Part shown: piece after piece, positions 1-9,416 of the stretch | Layout: each line of letters opens with the position of its first letter | Position numbering within the stretch: the first letter of the stretch is position 1 | Assembly: GCA_964386715.1 (NCBI GenBank) | Contig: CAYLTD010000006.1 | Span: 3,518 to 67,517, forward strand | Source of the DNA: an uncultured Bifidobacterium sp. | Lineage (GTDB): Bacteria > Acidobacteriota > Vicinamibacteria > Vicinamibacterales > CAVVIG01 | Length of the DNA stretch: 64,000 nucleotides | Direction of reading: 5' to 3' | Translations under genes and position numbers: made by a program | The notes under the pieces: model-generated | The model's database searches: none | Told to the model about the DNA's origin: nothing | Seen by the model: the letters and a program-made list of their open reading frames with translations, nothing else

Positions 1-20
1 GCCGGTGTGCCGCCATGCAT

Positions 21-26
21 TAGAAT
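21..26 (+). promoter_or_regulatory. candidate -10 box TAGAAT upstream of gltS
   Basis: TAGAAT lies 21 nt upstream of the ATG at 48. The same hexamer recurs upstream of ggt and aceE. Confidence 0.3.
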
Positions 27-47
27 CCGCCCACGGCGTGCACTGAC

Positions 48-1277
48 ATGGTCACACTCGATTTCGTGAACACGGTCGCCTTCGGCGGCCTGGTGCTGTT
101 CGGAGGCCACGGCGTGCGGCGCGCCGTTCCGCCGCTGGCGCGCTACAACGTGCCGGCTCCCGTCATCGGCGGGCTGATCGTGGCCACCATCATCACCCTG
201 CTGCGCGCCCGGGGCGTCGACCTGGTCGCGTTCGACACCCGCCTGCAGACGCCGCTGATGATCGCGTTCTTCACGACCATCGGGTTCGGCGCCAGCCTGT
301 CACTCCTGCGCGTCGGCGGTCCGCAGATGCTCGTGTTCACCGTCATCTGCACCGTACTCGCCCTGCTCCAGAACGTCATCGGCGCGCTCGTCGCCTCGCT
401 GCTCGGACTGCCCCCGCTGTTCGGCGTGCTGAATGGTTCGGTCACTCTGACGGGTGGCCCGGCCACCGGCCTGGCGTTCGCACCGCTGTTCGAGCAGGCG
501 GGCGTAGCGGGCGCGTCCACCGTCGCGGTGGCGGCGGCGATGGTCGGCATCGTGTCGGGCGGCCTCATTGGCGGTCCGGTCGGTACGCTGCTGGTGTCGC
601 GCCTCCAGCGTCCGCGGCTGCAGCCGGAGGGACACAGCGCCCCCGTCGTCGCCGCGCACATCGTGGAGGAGCAACTGGCCGATCCGGTGGCCGCGACGCC
701 GGCGGGCGAGGACAAGGAGTCCTACGCCATCCTCAAGGCGCTGGTGGTCATCCTTGCGGCCATGTGGGCCGGCTCGTGGGTCAGCGCCCAGTTCGCGGCA
801 GCGGGACTCACGCTGCCGGCGTACATCGGCGCGATGCTCGTGGCCTCGGTGGTCAGGAACGTGGACGACGCGACGGGCTGGGTGGGGCTGTCGCAGCAGA
901 CGATCGACGATCTCGGCAACGTGGCGCTGGCCCTGTTCCTCGTGCTCGCGCTGATGACGCTGCGGCTGTGGGAACTGGCGGGACTGGCGCTGCCGATGGT
1001 GATCATCCTGGTCGTGCAGGTCGCGCTGATCGCCGCGGTCTGCTTCTGGCCCGTGTTCCCCGCGATGGGCCGTGACTACGACGCGGCGGTCATCAGCGGG
1101 GGCCTCTGCGGGTTCATGCTGGGCACCACCGCGAACGCCATGGCCAACATGGAGGCGCTCACGGATCGGTATGGGCCGGCGCCCCGCGCCTTTCTGGTCG
1201 TGCCGATGGTCGGCGCGTTCTTCATCGACTTCATCAACGCGGTGCTCATCACCGTCTGCCTGAACCTATGGACCTGA
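48..1277 (+). CDS. gltS: sodium/glutamate symporter (GltS family)
   Basis: 409-aa polytopic membrane ORF. The N-terminal region (FGGLVLFGG...VPAPVIGGLI...GFGASL) and the length fit GltS as I recall the family. Confidence 0.75.
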   Translation: MVTLDFVNTVAFGGLVLFGGHGVRRAVPPLARYNVPAPVIGGLIVATIITLLRARGVDLVAFDTRLQTPLMIAFFTTIGFGASLSLLRVGGPQMLVFTVICTVLALLQNVIGALVASLLGLPPLFGVLNGSVTLTGGPATGLAFAPLFEQAGVAGASTVAVAAAMVGIVSGGLIGGPVGTLLVSRLQRPRLQPEGHSAPVVAAHIVEEQLADPVAATPAGEDKESYAILKALVVILAAMWAGSWVSAQFAAAGLTLPAYIGAMLVASVVRNVDDATGWVGLSQQTIDDLGNVALALFLVLALMTLRLWELAGLALPMVIILVVQVALIAAVCFWPVFPAMGRDYDAAVISGGLCGFMLGTTANAMANMEALTDRYGPAPRAFLVVPMVGAFFIDFINAVLITVCLNLWT

Positions 1278-1837
1278 GACGCGAGCGTGCGTGGGCGCTG
1301 CTGACCGAGTACACACAGGGCGACAGCCTGCTCAAGCACGCCCTCGCCGTCGAGGCGGCCGTGCGGGGATACGCCAGGCAGTTCGGTGCGAACGAGGAAG
1401 AGTGGGCCGTGGTCGCACTCCTGCACGACTTTGACTACGAGCGCTGGCCCAGCCTGGACGACCACCCCTACAAGGGCGTCGCCATCCTCAGCGGGCTGGG
1501 GTACCCGGAGTGGGTCACGCGCGCGATCCTGTCGCACGCCGACTACACCGGGGTATCCCGCGAGTCCCCCCTGGAGAAGACCCTGTTCGCGTGCGACGAG
1601 ATGGCGGGCTTCGTGACGGCCGCCGCGCTCGTGCGCCCGAGCCGGAGCGTGCTCGATCTCGAGCCGGCCTCCGTGATCAAGCGGATGAAGGACAAGGCGT
1701 TCGCGCGCGCGGTCAGCCGCGACGATCTCCGGGCCGGCGCCGAGCTTCTCGGCCTGCCGCTGGAGCAGCACATCGGCAACGTCATCGCCGCCATGCGCGC
1801 CGAGGCCGATGCGCTGGGGCTGCGCGGCTCCCTCTGA
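1268..1837 (+). CDS. HD-domain metal-dependent phosphohydrolase
   Basis: H...HD signature (LLKHALAVE...ALLHDFDYERW). It overlaps the gltS stop by 10 nt. Confidence 0.7.
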   Translation: MDLRRERAWALLTEYTQGDSLLKHALAVEAAVRGYARQFGANEEEWAVVALLHDFDYERWPSLDDHPYKGVAILSGLGYPEWVTRAILSHADYTGVSRESPLEKTLFACDEMAGFVTAAALVRPSRSVLDLEPASVIKRMKDKAFARAVSRDDLRAGAELLGLPLEQHIGNVIAAMRAEADALGLRGSL

Positions 1838-1876
1838 ACGGACCTTTTCCCCAGCCGCATCCGTCTATGAACTGCA

Positions 1877-2809
1877 ATGGCTGACGCGGCGCCGGTGGTG
1901 ACCCTGGAGGGGGTGACGGTGGCCTACGGCGCCCACCTGGCGCTGCGGGACGTGACGGCCACGTTCGCGGCAGGCGCAGTCGGGCTGCTCGGTCCCAACG
2001 GCGCAGGCAAGAGCACGATGATCAAGGCGCTGCTCGGCTTCGTCACGCCCAGCCGCGGGCGCATGCACGTGATGGGTCTCGACGTCACGCAGGCTCCGCT
2101 CGACATCCGTCGTCGGGTCGGCTACATGCCGGAGAACGACGCACACATCCCCGGGATGAACGCCGTCTCCTTCGTGGCCTACTGCGGCGAACTGTCCGGG
2201 TTGCCGCGTGTGGACGCGATGCAGCGAGCCCACGAGGTGCTGTTCTACGTCGGTCTCGGCGAGGCGCGATATCGCAACGTCGAGACGTACTCGACGGGCA
2301 TGAAGCAACGTATCAAGCTGGCCCAGGCCCTCGTCCACGATCCCGATCTCCTCTTCCTCGACGAGCCGACCAACGGCATGGATCCCCGCGGGCGCGACGA
2401 GATGCTCGAACTCGTGCGCGACCTCGCCCACGCGAAGGGGGTCCGCGTCATCGTCTCGTCGCACCTGTTGCCCGACATCGAGTACACGTGCGACCAGGTC
2501 GTCGTGATGGACAAGGGCCAGGTGGCGACCAGCGGTCCGATCGACGGGCTCAAGCAGCCGCGCGGCCAGGTGTTCGAGCTGCGGGTGAAGGCGCCGGATG
2601 GTCTGGCCGCGTTCGTCACCACGCTCCGCACGGCCGGCCTCGAGTGCCACGCCACCGAGGACGACATCATGCGGGTGTTCGTGCCGGGGGAGGAAGGGGC
2701 GCGGCGGCTCTTCACCATCGCTGCATCGGAGGGCGTGCAGGTGCGGCATCTCCGGCAGAGCGTGCCGACACTCGAGGACGTCTTCGCGCAGGCGGTGGGT
2801 GAGGAGTAG
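1877..2809 (+). CDS. ABC transporter ATP-binding protein
   Basis: Walker A GPNGAGKST, signature YSTGMKQR and Walker B LLFLDEP. Confidence 0.88.
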   Translation: MADAAPVVTLEGVTVAYGAHLALRDVTATFAAGAVGLLGPNGAGKSTMIKALLGFVTPSRGRMHVMGLDVTQAPLDIRRRVGYMPENDAHIPGMNAVSFVAYCGELSGLPRVDAMQRAHEVLFYVGLGEARYRNVETYSTGMKQRIKLAQALVHDPDLLFLDEPTNGMDPRGRDEMLELVRDLAHAKGVRVIVSSHLLPDIEYTCDQVVVMDKGQVATSGPIDGLKQPRGQVFELRVKAPDGLAAFVTTLRTAGLECHATEDDIMRVFVPGEEGARRLFTIAASEGVQVRHLRQSVPTLEDVFAQAVGEE

Positions 2810-2812
2810 GCG

Positions 2813-3652
2813 ATGCCCATCCACGACCAGGGCTACCGACGCTACGCCGGAGTCCGGGCCCCATCCGGGCGGGCCTGGGCGGTGATCGCCGCGGCCGGCA
2901 TACGGACGCTCATCGCCAGGCGCGCGTTCGTCGGCCTGCTGCTCCTCGCCTGGGTGCCCTTCCTCGTCCGCGCCGTGCAGATCTACGCGGCGGCGAATCT
3001 CCCGCAAGCGCAGTTCCTCAGGCCAGACGCCCAGCTGTTCCGGCAGTTCCTCGAACAACAGGACATTTTCCTGTTCTTCATCACCGTATACGCCGGCACC
3101 GGGCTCATCGCGAACGACAGGCGCGCGAATGCGCTCCAGATCTACCTGTCGAAGCCGCTGACGCGCCTGGAATACATCTTCGGCAAGTTCGCCATCCTGC
3201 TCACGCTCCTGTTGCTGGTCACCTGGGTGCCGGCCCTGCTCCTGCTGGTCATCCAGGTGCTGTTCAGCGGCAGCGTCGCCTTCGTCCTCGAGAACCTGTA
3301 CCTCGTGCCGGCGATCACGCTGTATTCCCTCATCCAGGTCACTGCCGTGGGCTCGACGATGCTGGCGTTGTCGTCGCTGTCGAGGAGCAGCCGGTACGTC
3401 GGCGTGCTGTATGCGGGGCTGATCTTCTTCTCCCAGGCGATCTACGGCATCGTGCGCGGCATCACGCGGGACTCGTCGATGGCCTGGCTGTCCATGCCGC
3501 TGGACCTGGCGCAGATCGGTGACGTCATCTTCCGCCTGGAGCCGCGTTACGACATGCCAGCCTGGAGTGCCTTCCTGTGCGTGGGGCTGCTCATTGCGGC
3601 GTCCGCGCTGGTGCTGGACCGGCGGGTGCGGGGCGTGGAGGTGGTGGCGTGA
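2813..3652 (+). CDS. ABC transporter permease-like membrane protein
   Basis: Multi-TM ORF starting 4 nt after the upstream ATPase. Its stop overlaps the next ATPase start. Confidence 0.6.
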   Translation: MPIHDQGYRRYAGVRAPSGRAWAVIAAAGIRTLIARRAFVGLLLLAWVPFLVRAVQIYAAANLPQAQFLRPDAQLFRQFLEQQDIFLFFITVYAGTGLIANDRRANALQIYLSKPLTRLEYIFGKFAILLTLLLLVTWVPALLLLVIQVLFSGSVAFVLENLYLVPAITLYSLIQVTAVGSTMLALSSLSRSSRYVGVLYAGLIFFSQAIYGIVRGITRDSSMAWLSMPLDLAQIGDVIFRLEPRYDMPAWSAFLCVGLLIAASALVLDRRVRGVEVVA

Positions 3653-4569
3653 GCGCCATCGTCGTGGCAGAACACGTCTCGAAGTGGTACGGGCAGGTGA
3701 TCGGCCTGAACGACGTCACCCTGTCGGTGCCGCCGGGCATCACCGGCCTGCTTGGTCCCAATGGTGCCGGGAAGTCCACGTTCATGAAGCTCATCACGGG
3801 TCAGCTCAAGCCGAGCAAGGGCGCGCTGACCGTACTCGGCGAGCCGATCTGGCAGAACCCGCCGCTGTACTTCCGCATCGGCTTCTGCCCGGAGCAGGAT
3901 GCGTTCTATGAGCGGATGACCGGTCTGGAGTGGGTCGGCGCCCTCGTGCGGCTGAACGGGATGACGGAAGCCGAGGCGACGGCCTGTGCCCGGCGGGCAC
4001 TCGACATGGTCGATCTCGCGGACGCCGCCGGCAAGAAGATTGGCGCGTACAGCAAGGGGATGCGCCAGCGCGTGAAGATGGCGCAGGCCCTGGCGCACGA
4101 CCCGGAACTGCTGATCCTGGACGAACCGCTGTCTGGCATGGACCCCATCGCCCGGCGCAAGACCATCCGGCTCATTCGTGAATGGGGCCGTTCCGGGCGC
4201 AGCGTCATCGTCTCCAGCCATATCCTGCACGAGATCGAGTCGATGACGTCGAACATCCTCCTGATCAACCAGGGGCGGATCCTGGCCGAGGGCGACGTGC
4301 ACCAGATCCGCGACCTGATCGACGAGCACCCCCACACCGTGCACATCCGGGCCGAGCATCCCCGCGCGCTGGCCCGCGAGTTCCTCGCCGAGAGCGACGT
4401 GATCAGCCTCCGGTTCGAGGAGGATGCGCTGGTCGTGCAGACCGCCCGTCCCGATGCGTTCTACGCCCGCCTGACGGCGCTGGCCGCATCGGGGGAGCAG
4501 GGGGCCATCCGGGAAGTGACCTCTCCCGACGACAACCTGCAGGCCGTCTTCCAGTACCTGGTGAAGTGA
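3649..4569 (+). CDS. ABC transporter ATP-binding protein (second cassette)
   Basis: GTG at 3649 is in frame and overlaps the upstream TGA (GTGA). Walker A GPNGAGKST, signature YSKGMRQR and Walker B LLILDEP. Confidence 0.88.
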   Translation: MSAIVVAEHVSKWYGQVIGLNDVTLSVPPGITGLLGPNGAGKSTFMKLITGQLKPSKGALTVLGEPIWQNPPLYFRIGFCPEQDAFYERMTGLEWVGALVRLNGMTEAEATACARRALDMVDLADAAGKKIGAYSKGMRQRVKMAQALAHDPELLILDEPLSGMDPIARRKTIRLIREWGRSGRSVIVSSHILHEIESMTSNILLINQGRILAEGDVHQIRDLIDEHPHTVHIRAEHPRALAREFLAESDVISLRFEEDALVVQTARPDAFYARLTALAASGEQGAIREVTSPDDNLQAVFQYLVK

Positions 4570-5411
4570 TGGTCACCCCTGACACCCGGCAGGCACCAGG
4601 CTTCGGCGCGGCCGTCCTGCGCATCTTCGACCTGTCCCTCGGTGAGATGCTCTGGTCGCGCCGCTCCGTGTTCCTCGGGCTGGTGGTCGGCGGTCCCGTC
4701 GCACTGGCGGTCATCACGCGCGTGGTGTTGGCGGTCACGTCCGACTCGGTGCGCATCAACGGCGAATCGGTCAGCGGCGCCGCCATCTTCGGCCTGATGA
4801 TCTGGTTGCTCTACCTGCGCTTCATCGTCCCGGTGCTCGGGGTGTTCTATGGGACGGCGCTGATCGCCGACGAAGTGGAGGACCGCACGATTACGTATCT
4901 GTTCACGCGGCCGGTGCGTCGGGGCGCCGTGCTGGTGGGCAAGTACCTCGCGTATCTCGCCTGCACGGTGCTGCTGATCCTCCCCTCGGTGGTCCTCGTG
5001 TTCTTCCTGATCGTCCCACTGGGCGGCGGCTCGGTCGGGGAGCAGTTTCCCGCCCTGCTGTCGGACCTGGCGATGATCGCGCTCGGGCTGGCGGCATACG
5101 GTGCCCTGTTCGCCCTCGTTGGCGCGCGGATTCGCCGCCCGCTGGTGGCCGGGCTGGTCTTCTCCCTGGGCTGGGAGCCTGGGGTTTTGCTGTTCCCTGG
5201 GTACCTGAAGCGCTTGACGGTGGCCTACTACCTGCAGTCCCTGGTTCCGCACGCGATGCCGCAGGATTCTTCGATCAACGTCCTGCTGCAGGTCTTCGCC
5301 GAGGTGCCGGGCCTTGCCAGCAGCCTCACGGCGCTGCTCGCCATCACCGGGACCGCGCTCTGGGCGGCGAGCCGGACCGTTGAAGACCGGGAATACGTGC
5401 TGGAACAGTAG
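4569..5411 (+). CDS. ABC-2 type permease
   Basis: ATG at 4569 overlaps the upstream TGA (ATGA-type coupling). Six-TM-like hydrophobic profile. Confidence 0.65.
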   Translation: MVTPDTRQAPGFGAAVLRIFDLSLGEMLWSRRSVFLGLVVGGPVALAVITRVVLAVTSDSVRINGESVSGAAIFGLMIWLLYLRFIVPVLGVFYGTALIADEVEDRTITYLFTRPVRRGAVLVGKYLAYLACTVLLILPSVVLVFFLIVPLGGGSVGEQFPALLSDLAMIALGLAAYGALFALVGARIRRPLVAGLVFSLGWEPGVLLFPGYLKRLTVAYYLQSLVPHAMPQDSSINVLLQVFAEVPGLASSLTALLAITGTALWAASRTVEDREYVLEQ

Positions 5412-5425
5412 AATCCCGTACTCCG

Positions 5426-5431
5426 TATACT
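5426..5431 (+). promoter_or_regulatory. candidate -10 box TATACT
   Basis: TATACT lies 15 nt upstream of the ATG at 5447, with a GAGGG SD-like element in between. Confidence 0.3.
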
Positions 5432-5446
5432 GTCACTGAGGGTTGG

Positions 5447-6454
5447 ATGACCACGAGAACGCGCTACTTCGTGATCGCTTCGCTGCTGACGCTCTCGGTC
5501 GGACTTGGAACCGGGCTGGTCGCCTATTTCAGCGGCTCAGCCACGAGCGCCTTCGCCGGGGCGGGCGGGCCTGAAGAACTCCAGTTCGTTCCCGCCGATG
5601 CCGCTCTGGTCGCCTACGCCGACGTGCGCGACATCATGACGTCGGACCTCCGCCAGAAGCTCCGCTCCGCGGTTCCAATGTCCGGGGACGGCCAGCAGGA
5701 ATTCCAGACCCAGACCGGTATCAACATCGAAACCGACATCGACCACGTCATCGCCGCCGTCGTCCCGCGGTCGGACGGGGCGCCCAGCGCCGGACCCAAC
5801 GTGCCGGGGTCGATGATCGTGCTGGCACGTGGCCGTTTCGATCAGGTGCGCATCGAGGCGCTGATGCGCGAGCGCGGTGCCCGCGTCGAGGACTACAAGG
5901 GCAGCCGCCTCATCGTCGGCGAGAGCGGGGATGAACGTGCGTCCGTATCGCTCGCGTTCCTGCAGCCGGGGCTGGTAGCCGTGGGCACCAGCGGCCTGGT
6001 CCGCGGCGCGGTCGACCTGAAGGGCGGCGGCGCCAGCATCGCCACGAACGAGGAGATGACGAAGCTTATAGGCTCCATCGACTCGGGCAACGCGTGGGCC
6101 GCAGGACGGTTCGACGCGCTCACTGCCCGCGCCAACCTGCCGGGCGGCATGGCCGAGCGCCTGCCGGCCCTCACCTATTTCTCAGCCTCGGCCAACATCG
6201 ACAGCGGCATCCGCGGCGTCCTTCGTGCCGAGGCGCGCGACGATGAGTCGGCGAACAATTTCCGGGATGTGCTGCGCGGCTTCCTCGCATTGGCCAAGAT
6301 GCAGTCGTCCGCCCGCCCCGAGTTCCAGTTTGCGCTCCAGTCGCTTCAGCTGACGGGGACCGGTACGACGGTGGCGCTGTCGTTCGACCTGCCTCCGGCA
6401 GCGATCGACGCACTCGGCGTCCTCGGCCGTTCTCGCGAACGCACGCCGCAGTAA
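5447..6454 (+). CDS. N-terminally anchored exported protein of unknown function (last gene of the ABC operon)
   Basis: Single N-terminal TM segment (YFVIASLLTLSVGLGTGLVAYF) followed by a soluble domain. No family recognised with confidence. Confidence 0.5.
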   Translation: MTTRTRYFVIASLLTLSVGLGTGLVAYFSGSATSAFAGAGGPEELQFVPADAALVAYADVRDIMTSDLRQKLRSAVPMSGDGQQEFQTQTGINIETDIDHVIAAVVPRSDGAPSAGPNVPGSMIVLARGRFDQVRIEALMRERGARVEDYKGSRLIVGESGDERASVSLAFLQPGLVAVGTSGLVRGAVDLKGGGASIATNEEMTKLIGSIDSGNAWAAGRFDALTARANLPGGMAERLPALTYFSASANIDSGIRGVLRAEARDDESANNFRDVLRGFLALAKMQSSARPEFQFALQSLQLTGTGTTVALSFDLPPAAIDALGVLGRSRERTPQ

Positions 6455-6601
6455 GCGGCCCCGGCGGCCGACCGACGGTCGCCGCGCGCAGACAGAGACA
6501 CACAGGCGCCCCTGATGGCAGGTGGCGCCGCCCCCTCGGTTTCCTTCCGTAAACGGATCCGGTAAGCTGGCCGTAATTCTCGACGCCGGCCCCGAATCCG
6601 C

Positions 6602-7003
6602 ATGACCGATCTGGTGTTCTTCTACGGCACGTTGATGAGCGGCTTCCGCCGCGCCGGACGTGCGCGCCTCGATACCTCGTTGAAGGCTGTCGGGCGGGGC
6701 TCGATCACGGCCGCGCTCTTCGACCTCGGAATCTACCCGGCCGCGGTGCCGGCCAGCGACAGCCGTGTGTGGGGCGAGGTGCACCAGATGCTCGATCCCG
6801 ATGCCGTCCTGGCGACGCTCGACGAGATCGAGGGCTACAGCGCGTCCGAGCCTGACACCAGCCTGTATCGCCGTGTGGAAGCGCCGGTGGTCTTCGAGGA
6901 TGGGCGGACGGGGAGCGCGTGGGTTTACTTCTACAACGCGCCGCTGGGTCGGGCGGAGCGGATCGCCTCAGGCGACTACCTGCAGCACCTGAAAATCCGG
7001 TAG
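6602..7003 (+). CDS. gamma-glutamylcyclotransferase family protein (AIG2/GGCT-like)
   Basis: N-terminal FFYGTLM motif and the ...GEV...LDEIEGY pattern typical of the GGCT fold. Confidence 0.75.
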   Translation: MTDLVFFYGTLMSGFRRAGRARLDTSLKAVGRGSITAALFDLGIYPAAVPASDSRVWGEVHQMLDPDAVLATLDEIEGYSASEPDTSLYRRVEAPVVFEDGRTGSAWVYFYNAPLGRAERIASGDYLQHLKIR

Positions 7004-7007
7004 TGCG

Positions 7008-7382
7008 CTACGGCGCACCCCGCCGGCCGCCCTTGACGTGCTCCACGAACCGATCGACCACGAGCCGCGTGCGTTCCGGCGGCTCGACGAACTCCAGACC
7101 CGAGCGATAGCTGACGAATTCCTGGTCCATGTCCGCGATGGCGCAGTGGACCACGCGCGCCTTCAGGACGACAGCCACGTCGTCCAGCGTGAGGCGCATG
7201 TCGTGCAGTGATTCAGGCGACAGGGGGAACGCGGTCTCGACCTGGATGCCGTCCGTGCTGATGTCGCGGACGGCGACCGGCTGATACACCATGACCTCGC
7301 CGTGCAAGTGCGCGAGGATGGGCAGGCGCTCGAGCCGCCGCCTGTCCGCGGCATCGGAGGAGGGGGCCGGCGGCTCCGCCAT
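7008..7382 (-). CDS. PilZ domain protein (c-di-GMP binding)
   Basis: RxxxR (RRLER) and DxSxxG (DISTDG) motifs at PilZ spacing. Confidence 0.75.
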   Translation of the reverse strand: MAEPPAPSSDAADRRRLERLPILAHLHGEVMVYQPVAVRDISTDGIQVETAFPLSPESLHDMRLTLDDVAVVLKARVVHCAIADMDQEFVSYRSGLEFVEPPERTRLVVDRFVEHVKGGRRGAP

Positions 7383-7389
7383 GCGGCGG

Positions 7390-7395
7390 ACTATA
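7390..7395 (-). promoter_or_regulatory. extended -10 box TGgTATAGT; predicted leaderless start for the PilZ gene
   Basis: The minus strand reads TGGTATAGT-ccgccgc-ATG(7382). The box sits between the receiver stop (7401) and the PilZ start. Confidence 0.5.
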
Positions 7396-7400
7396 CCACG

Positions 7401-7790
7401 TCAGTTCATCAACCCGGCCGGGCGCTCGGCGAAGATCGGCGCCCCGGTGTCCTCGTCGGTGTCCTCATCATCGGGCACCAGCTGGCTGGTGTAGGTGAGC
7501 ACCGGCACGTCCCTGGTGCCGGGATCCAGCTTCAGCATCGAGAGCACCTGGAGACTCTCGGGTTCGTCCATGCGGACACAGAGGATCACCAGGTCCGGCT
7601 GCACACGCTTGATCTGCGAGTAGGCATGATGGCTCGACTCGACGAAGACCACGTCGTAGTGGCCGGCATCGAGCACCGGCTCGAGCATCTCGAGCACCTC
7701 GCTGTCGCCGTTCACGATCAGCACGGTCTGCGCGGCGCGCGAAACGCTTCGGGCGGCGCTGGTGCTCGTTGAGGTGGCGTGTGTCAGCAT
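7401..7790 (-). CDS. single-domain response-regulator receiver (degenerate; Cys at the phospho-acceptor position)
   Basis: CheY-like layout (VLIVNGD...DLVILCVRMD...VPVLTYT). GGGAGA SD upstream. Confidence 0.7.
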   Translation of the reverse strand: MLTHATSTSTSAARSVSRAAQTVLIVNGDSEVLEMLEPVLDAGHYDVVFVESSHHAYSQIKRVQPDLVILCVRMDEPESLQVLSMLKLDPGTRDVPVLTYTSQLVPDDEDTDEDTGAPIFAERPAGLMN

Positions 7791-8103
7791 CGGTGTCCGT
7801 CTCCCGCTCGCCCCCCATGATTCACGTCGCGTGCCACGTTCGAGGGGCCGCGGGTGGCGTAAGGAGGGCCGGAATGCCTCTCTTTCGCCGGTGGCTGCCG
7901 AGGAGGTGACACCCGCAGGGGGCAGTGCCCTCCCGGGTCGTCGCGGAAGCTCCTAACTGTAATGACGCCGGCGGGCTCACGCGGTTTCGCTGTGGGACTA
8001 CCGGCGGGCTGAATGCTTTATCGGCCGTTGAGTTGGTGGCATGGGGCGATTTGGCCGCAGCACCTGCACAACGTTGAGCACACCGGCGCGGAAAAAACGA
8101 GAG

Positions 8104-8787
8104 CTAGCGCAGCGACGTGAGGCGGGCGGCGGCCTTGTGCTTGAAGTCCTCGTCCTCCGGCACCCACTCCGGATTGAGAGGGGCGTCGAGCACCTGCTGA
8201 AGGACGGTGCGCGCCTCCGCGGTGCGGCGGGCATCGATGAGCAGTTCGGCGAGAAAGTACAACGACACGGTGCTGCGCGGGTCGTAGGCAAGCGAGGCGC
8301 GCAGGTGCTGTTCGGCGAGGGTGCGGCTGCCGCCGAGGACACCCGGCACCTTGTGGTAGTAGCGGCCGAGCGCACGGTCGGCAGACCCCTGCATGAACGA
8401 CGGGTCGAGCCTCAGGACCGTTTCGAGCGCCTCGCGAATCGGTTTTCGGTATTTCAAACCGGCGCGCATGCCGAAACGCTCCGCGAGCGCGCCCATGTTC
8501 GCTGCTGCCCAGAAGTGTCCTTCCGGGCGAAGGGGCATGAGACGACGCGCCCGCTCGCCGGCCGCGATCCCCTGCTCGATGTACCCGCGCTGGTCGCGTG
8601 CGGGCGCCCGCTCACCGAGGAAGTAACACACGCGGGCGAACTTCCAGGCAGCCTCGAAGTTGGCAGGCTCGCGGCGGGAGATGTCGGCCCAGGCCTCGGC
8701 CGCACGCGCGGCATTGCCCGGTACCGCGCGCTCCGCGTACAGGCTGTCGGGCGACTGCGCCGCGAGGAGAGCCGCGAGAAGCGGCAT
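8104..8787 (-). CDS. secreted TPR-like helical repeat protein
   Basis: The start was chosen at [13 protein letters not shown] (signal-like). The helical repeat sequence is reminiscent of TatT-type TPR proteins. The longer 8946 start would run across folE. Confidence 0.55.
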   Translation of the reverse strand: MPLLAALLAAQSPDSLYAERAVPGNAARAAEAWADISRREPANFEAAWKFARVCYFLGERAPARDQRGYIEQGIAAGERARRLMPLRPEGHFWAAANMGALAERFGMRAGLKYRKPIREALETVLRLDPSFMQGSADRALGRYYHKVPGVLGGSRTLAEQHLRASLAYDPRSTVSLYFLAELLIDARRTAEARTVLQQVLDAPLNPEWVPEDEDFKHKAAARLTSLR

Positions 8788-8788
8788 G

Positions 8789-8794
8789 TACAAT
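8789..8794 (+). promoter_or_regulatory. -10 box TACAAT; predicted leaderless folE
   Basis: TACAAT-agacag-ATG(8801). Confidence 0.5.
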
Positions 8795-8800
8795 AGACAG

Positions 8801-9403
8801 ATGCAGGATCTGGTGAAGAACTTGCTCGCGGCGCTCGGTGAAGACCCGGAGCGGGAAGGGCTGGTCAACACGCCGAAGCGCGTCGAAAAGGCGCTCAGGT
8901 TCCTCACGAGCGGGTACAACGCGGACATCGACGAGGTGCTCAACAACGCGTTGTTCTCCGTCGATTATAGCGAGATGGTGATCGTCAAGGACATCGACTT
9001 CTACAGCCTCTGCGAGCACCACATGCTGCCGTTCTTCGGGAAGTGCCACGTGGCGTATCTCCCGAACAAGAAGGTGATCGGCCTCAGCAAGATTCCGAGG
9101 CTCGTGGATGTCTTCAGCCGCCGCCTGCAGGTCCAGGAGCGCATGACGAGCCAGATTGCCGAGACCATCCGCGAGAAGATCTCGCCCCTCGGCGTCGCCG
9201 TCGTCGTCGAGGGCACGCACATGTGCATGTCGATGCGCGGGGTGCAGAAGCAGAACTCCTTTGCGGTGACGAGTGCGATGCTCGGGGCCTTTCGCCAGGA
9301 TGCACGGACCAGGATGGAATTCCTGGAACTGATCAAGCTGCGGGGCGCCGTCTCGCTGCGCGAGCCGTCGGCGGCTGCCCGCGCGGACTGCCTGGACGAG
9401 TAA
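8801..9403 (+). CDS. folE: GTP cyclohydrolase I
   Basis: GLVNTPKRV...[14 protein letters not shown]...VEGTHMCM motifs are diagnostic of FolE type I. An alternative ATG lies at 8786. Confidence 0.92.
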   Translation: MQDLVKNLLAALGEDPEREGLVNTPKRVEKALRFLTSGYNADIDEVLNNALFSVDYSEMVIVKDIDFYSLCEHHMLPFFGKCHVAYLPNKKVIGLSKIPRLVDVFSRRLQVQERMTSQIAETIREKISPLGVAVVVEGTHMCMSMRGVQKQNSFAVTSAMLGAFRQDARTRMEFLELIKLRGAVSLREPSAAARADCLDE

Positions 9404-9416
9404 CCCCATCGGCACG

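Noticed and set aside
7831-7850. TGGCAC on the minus strand upstream of the receiver gene as a sigma-54 -24 element.
   Set aside because: No TTGC-type -12 element lies at the required distance (the sequence reads TGGCACgcgacGTGA).
8660-8946. Longer N-terminal extensions for folE (start 8660) and for the TPR-like gene (start 8946), which would overlap each other by ~290 nt.
   Set aside because: The extensions are low-complexity Arg/Ser/Ala sequence. The conserved FolE sequence begins near MQDLVKNLL, and the TPR-like protein has a signal-like start at 8787. A TACAAT box supports 8801.
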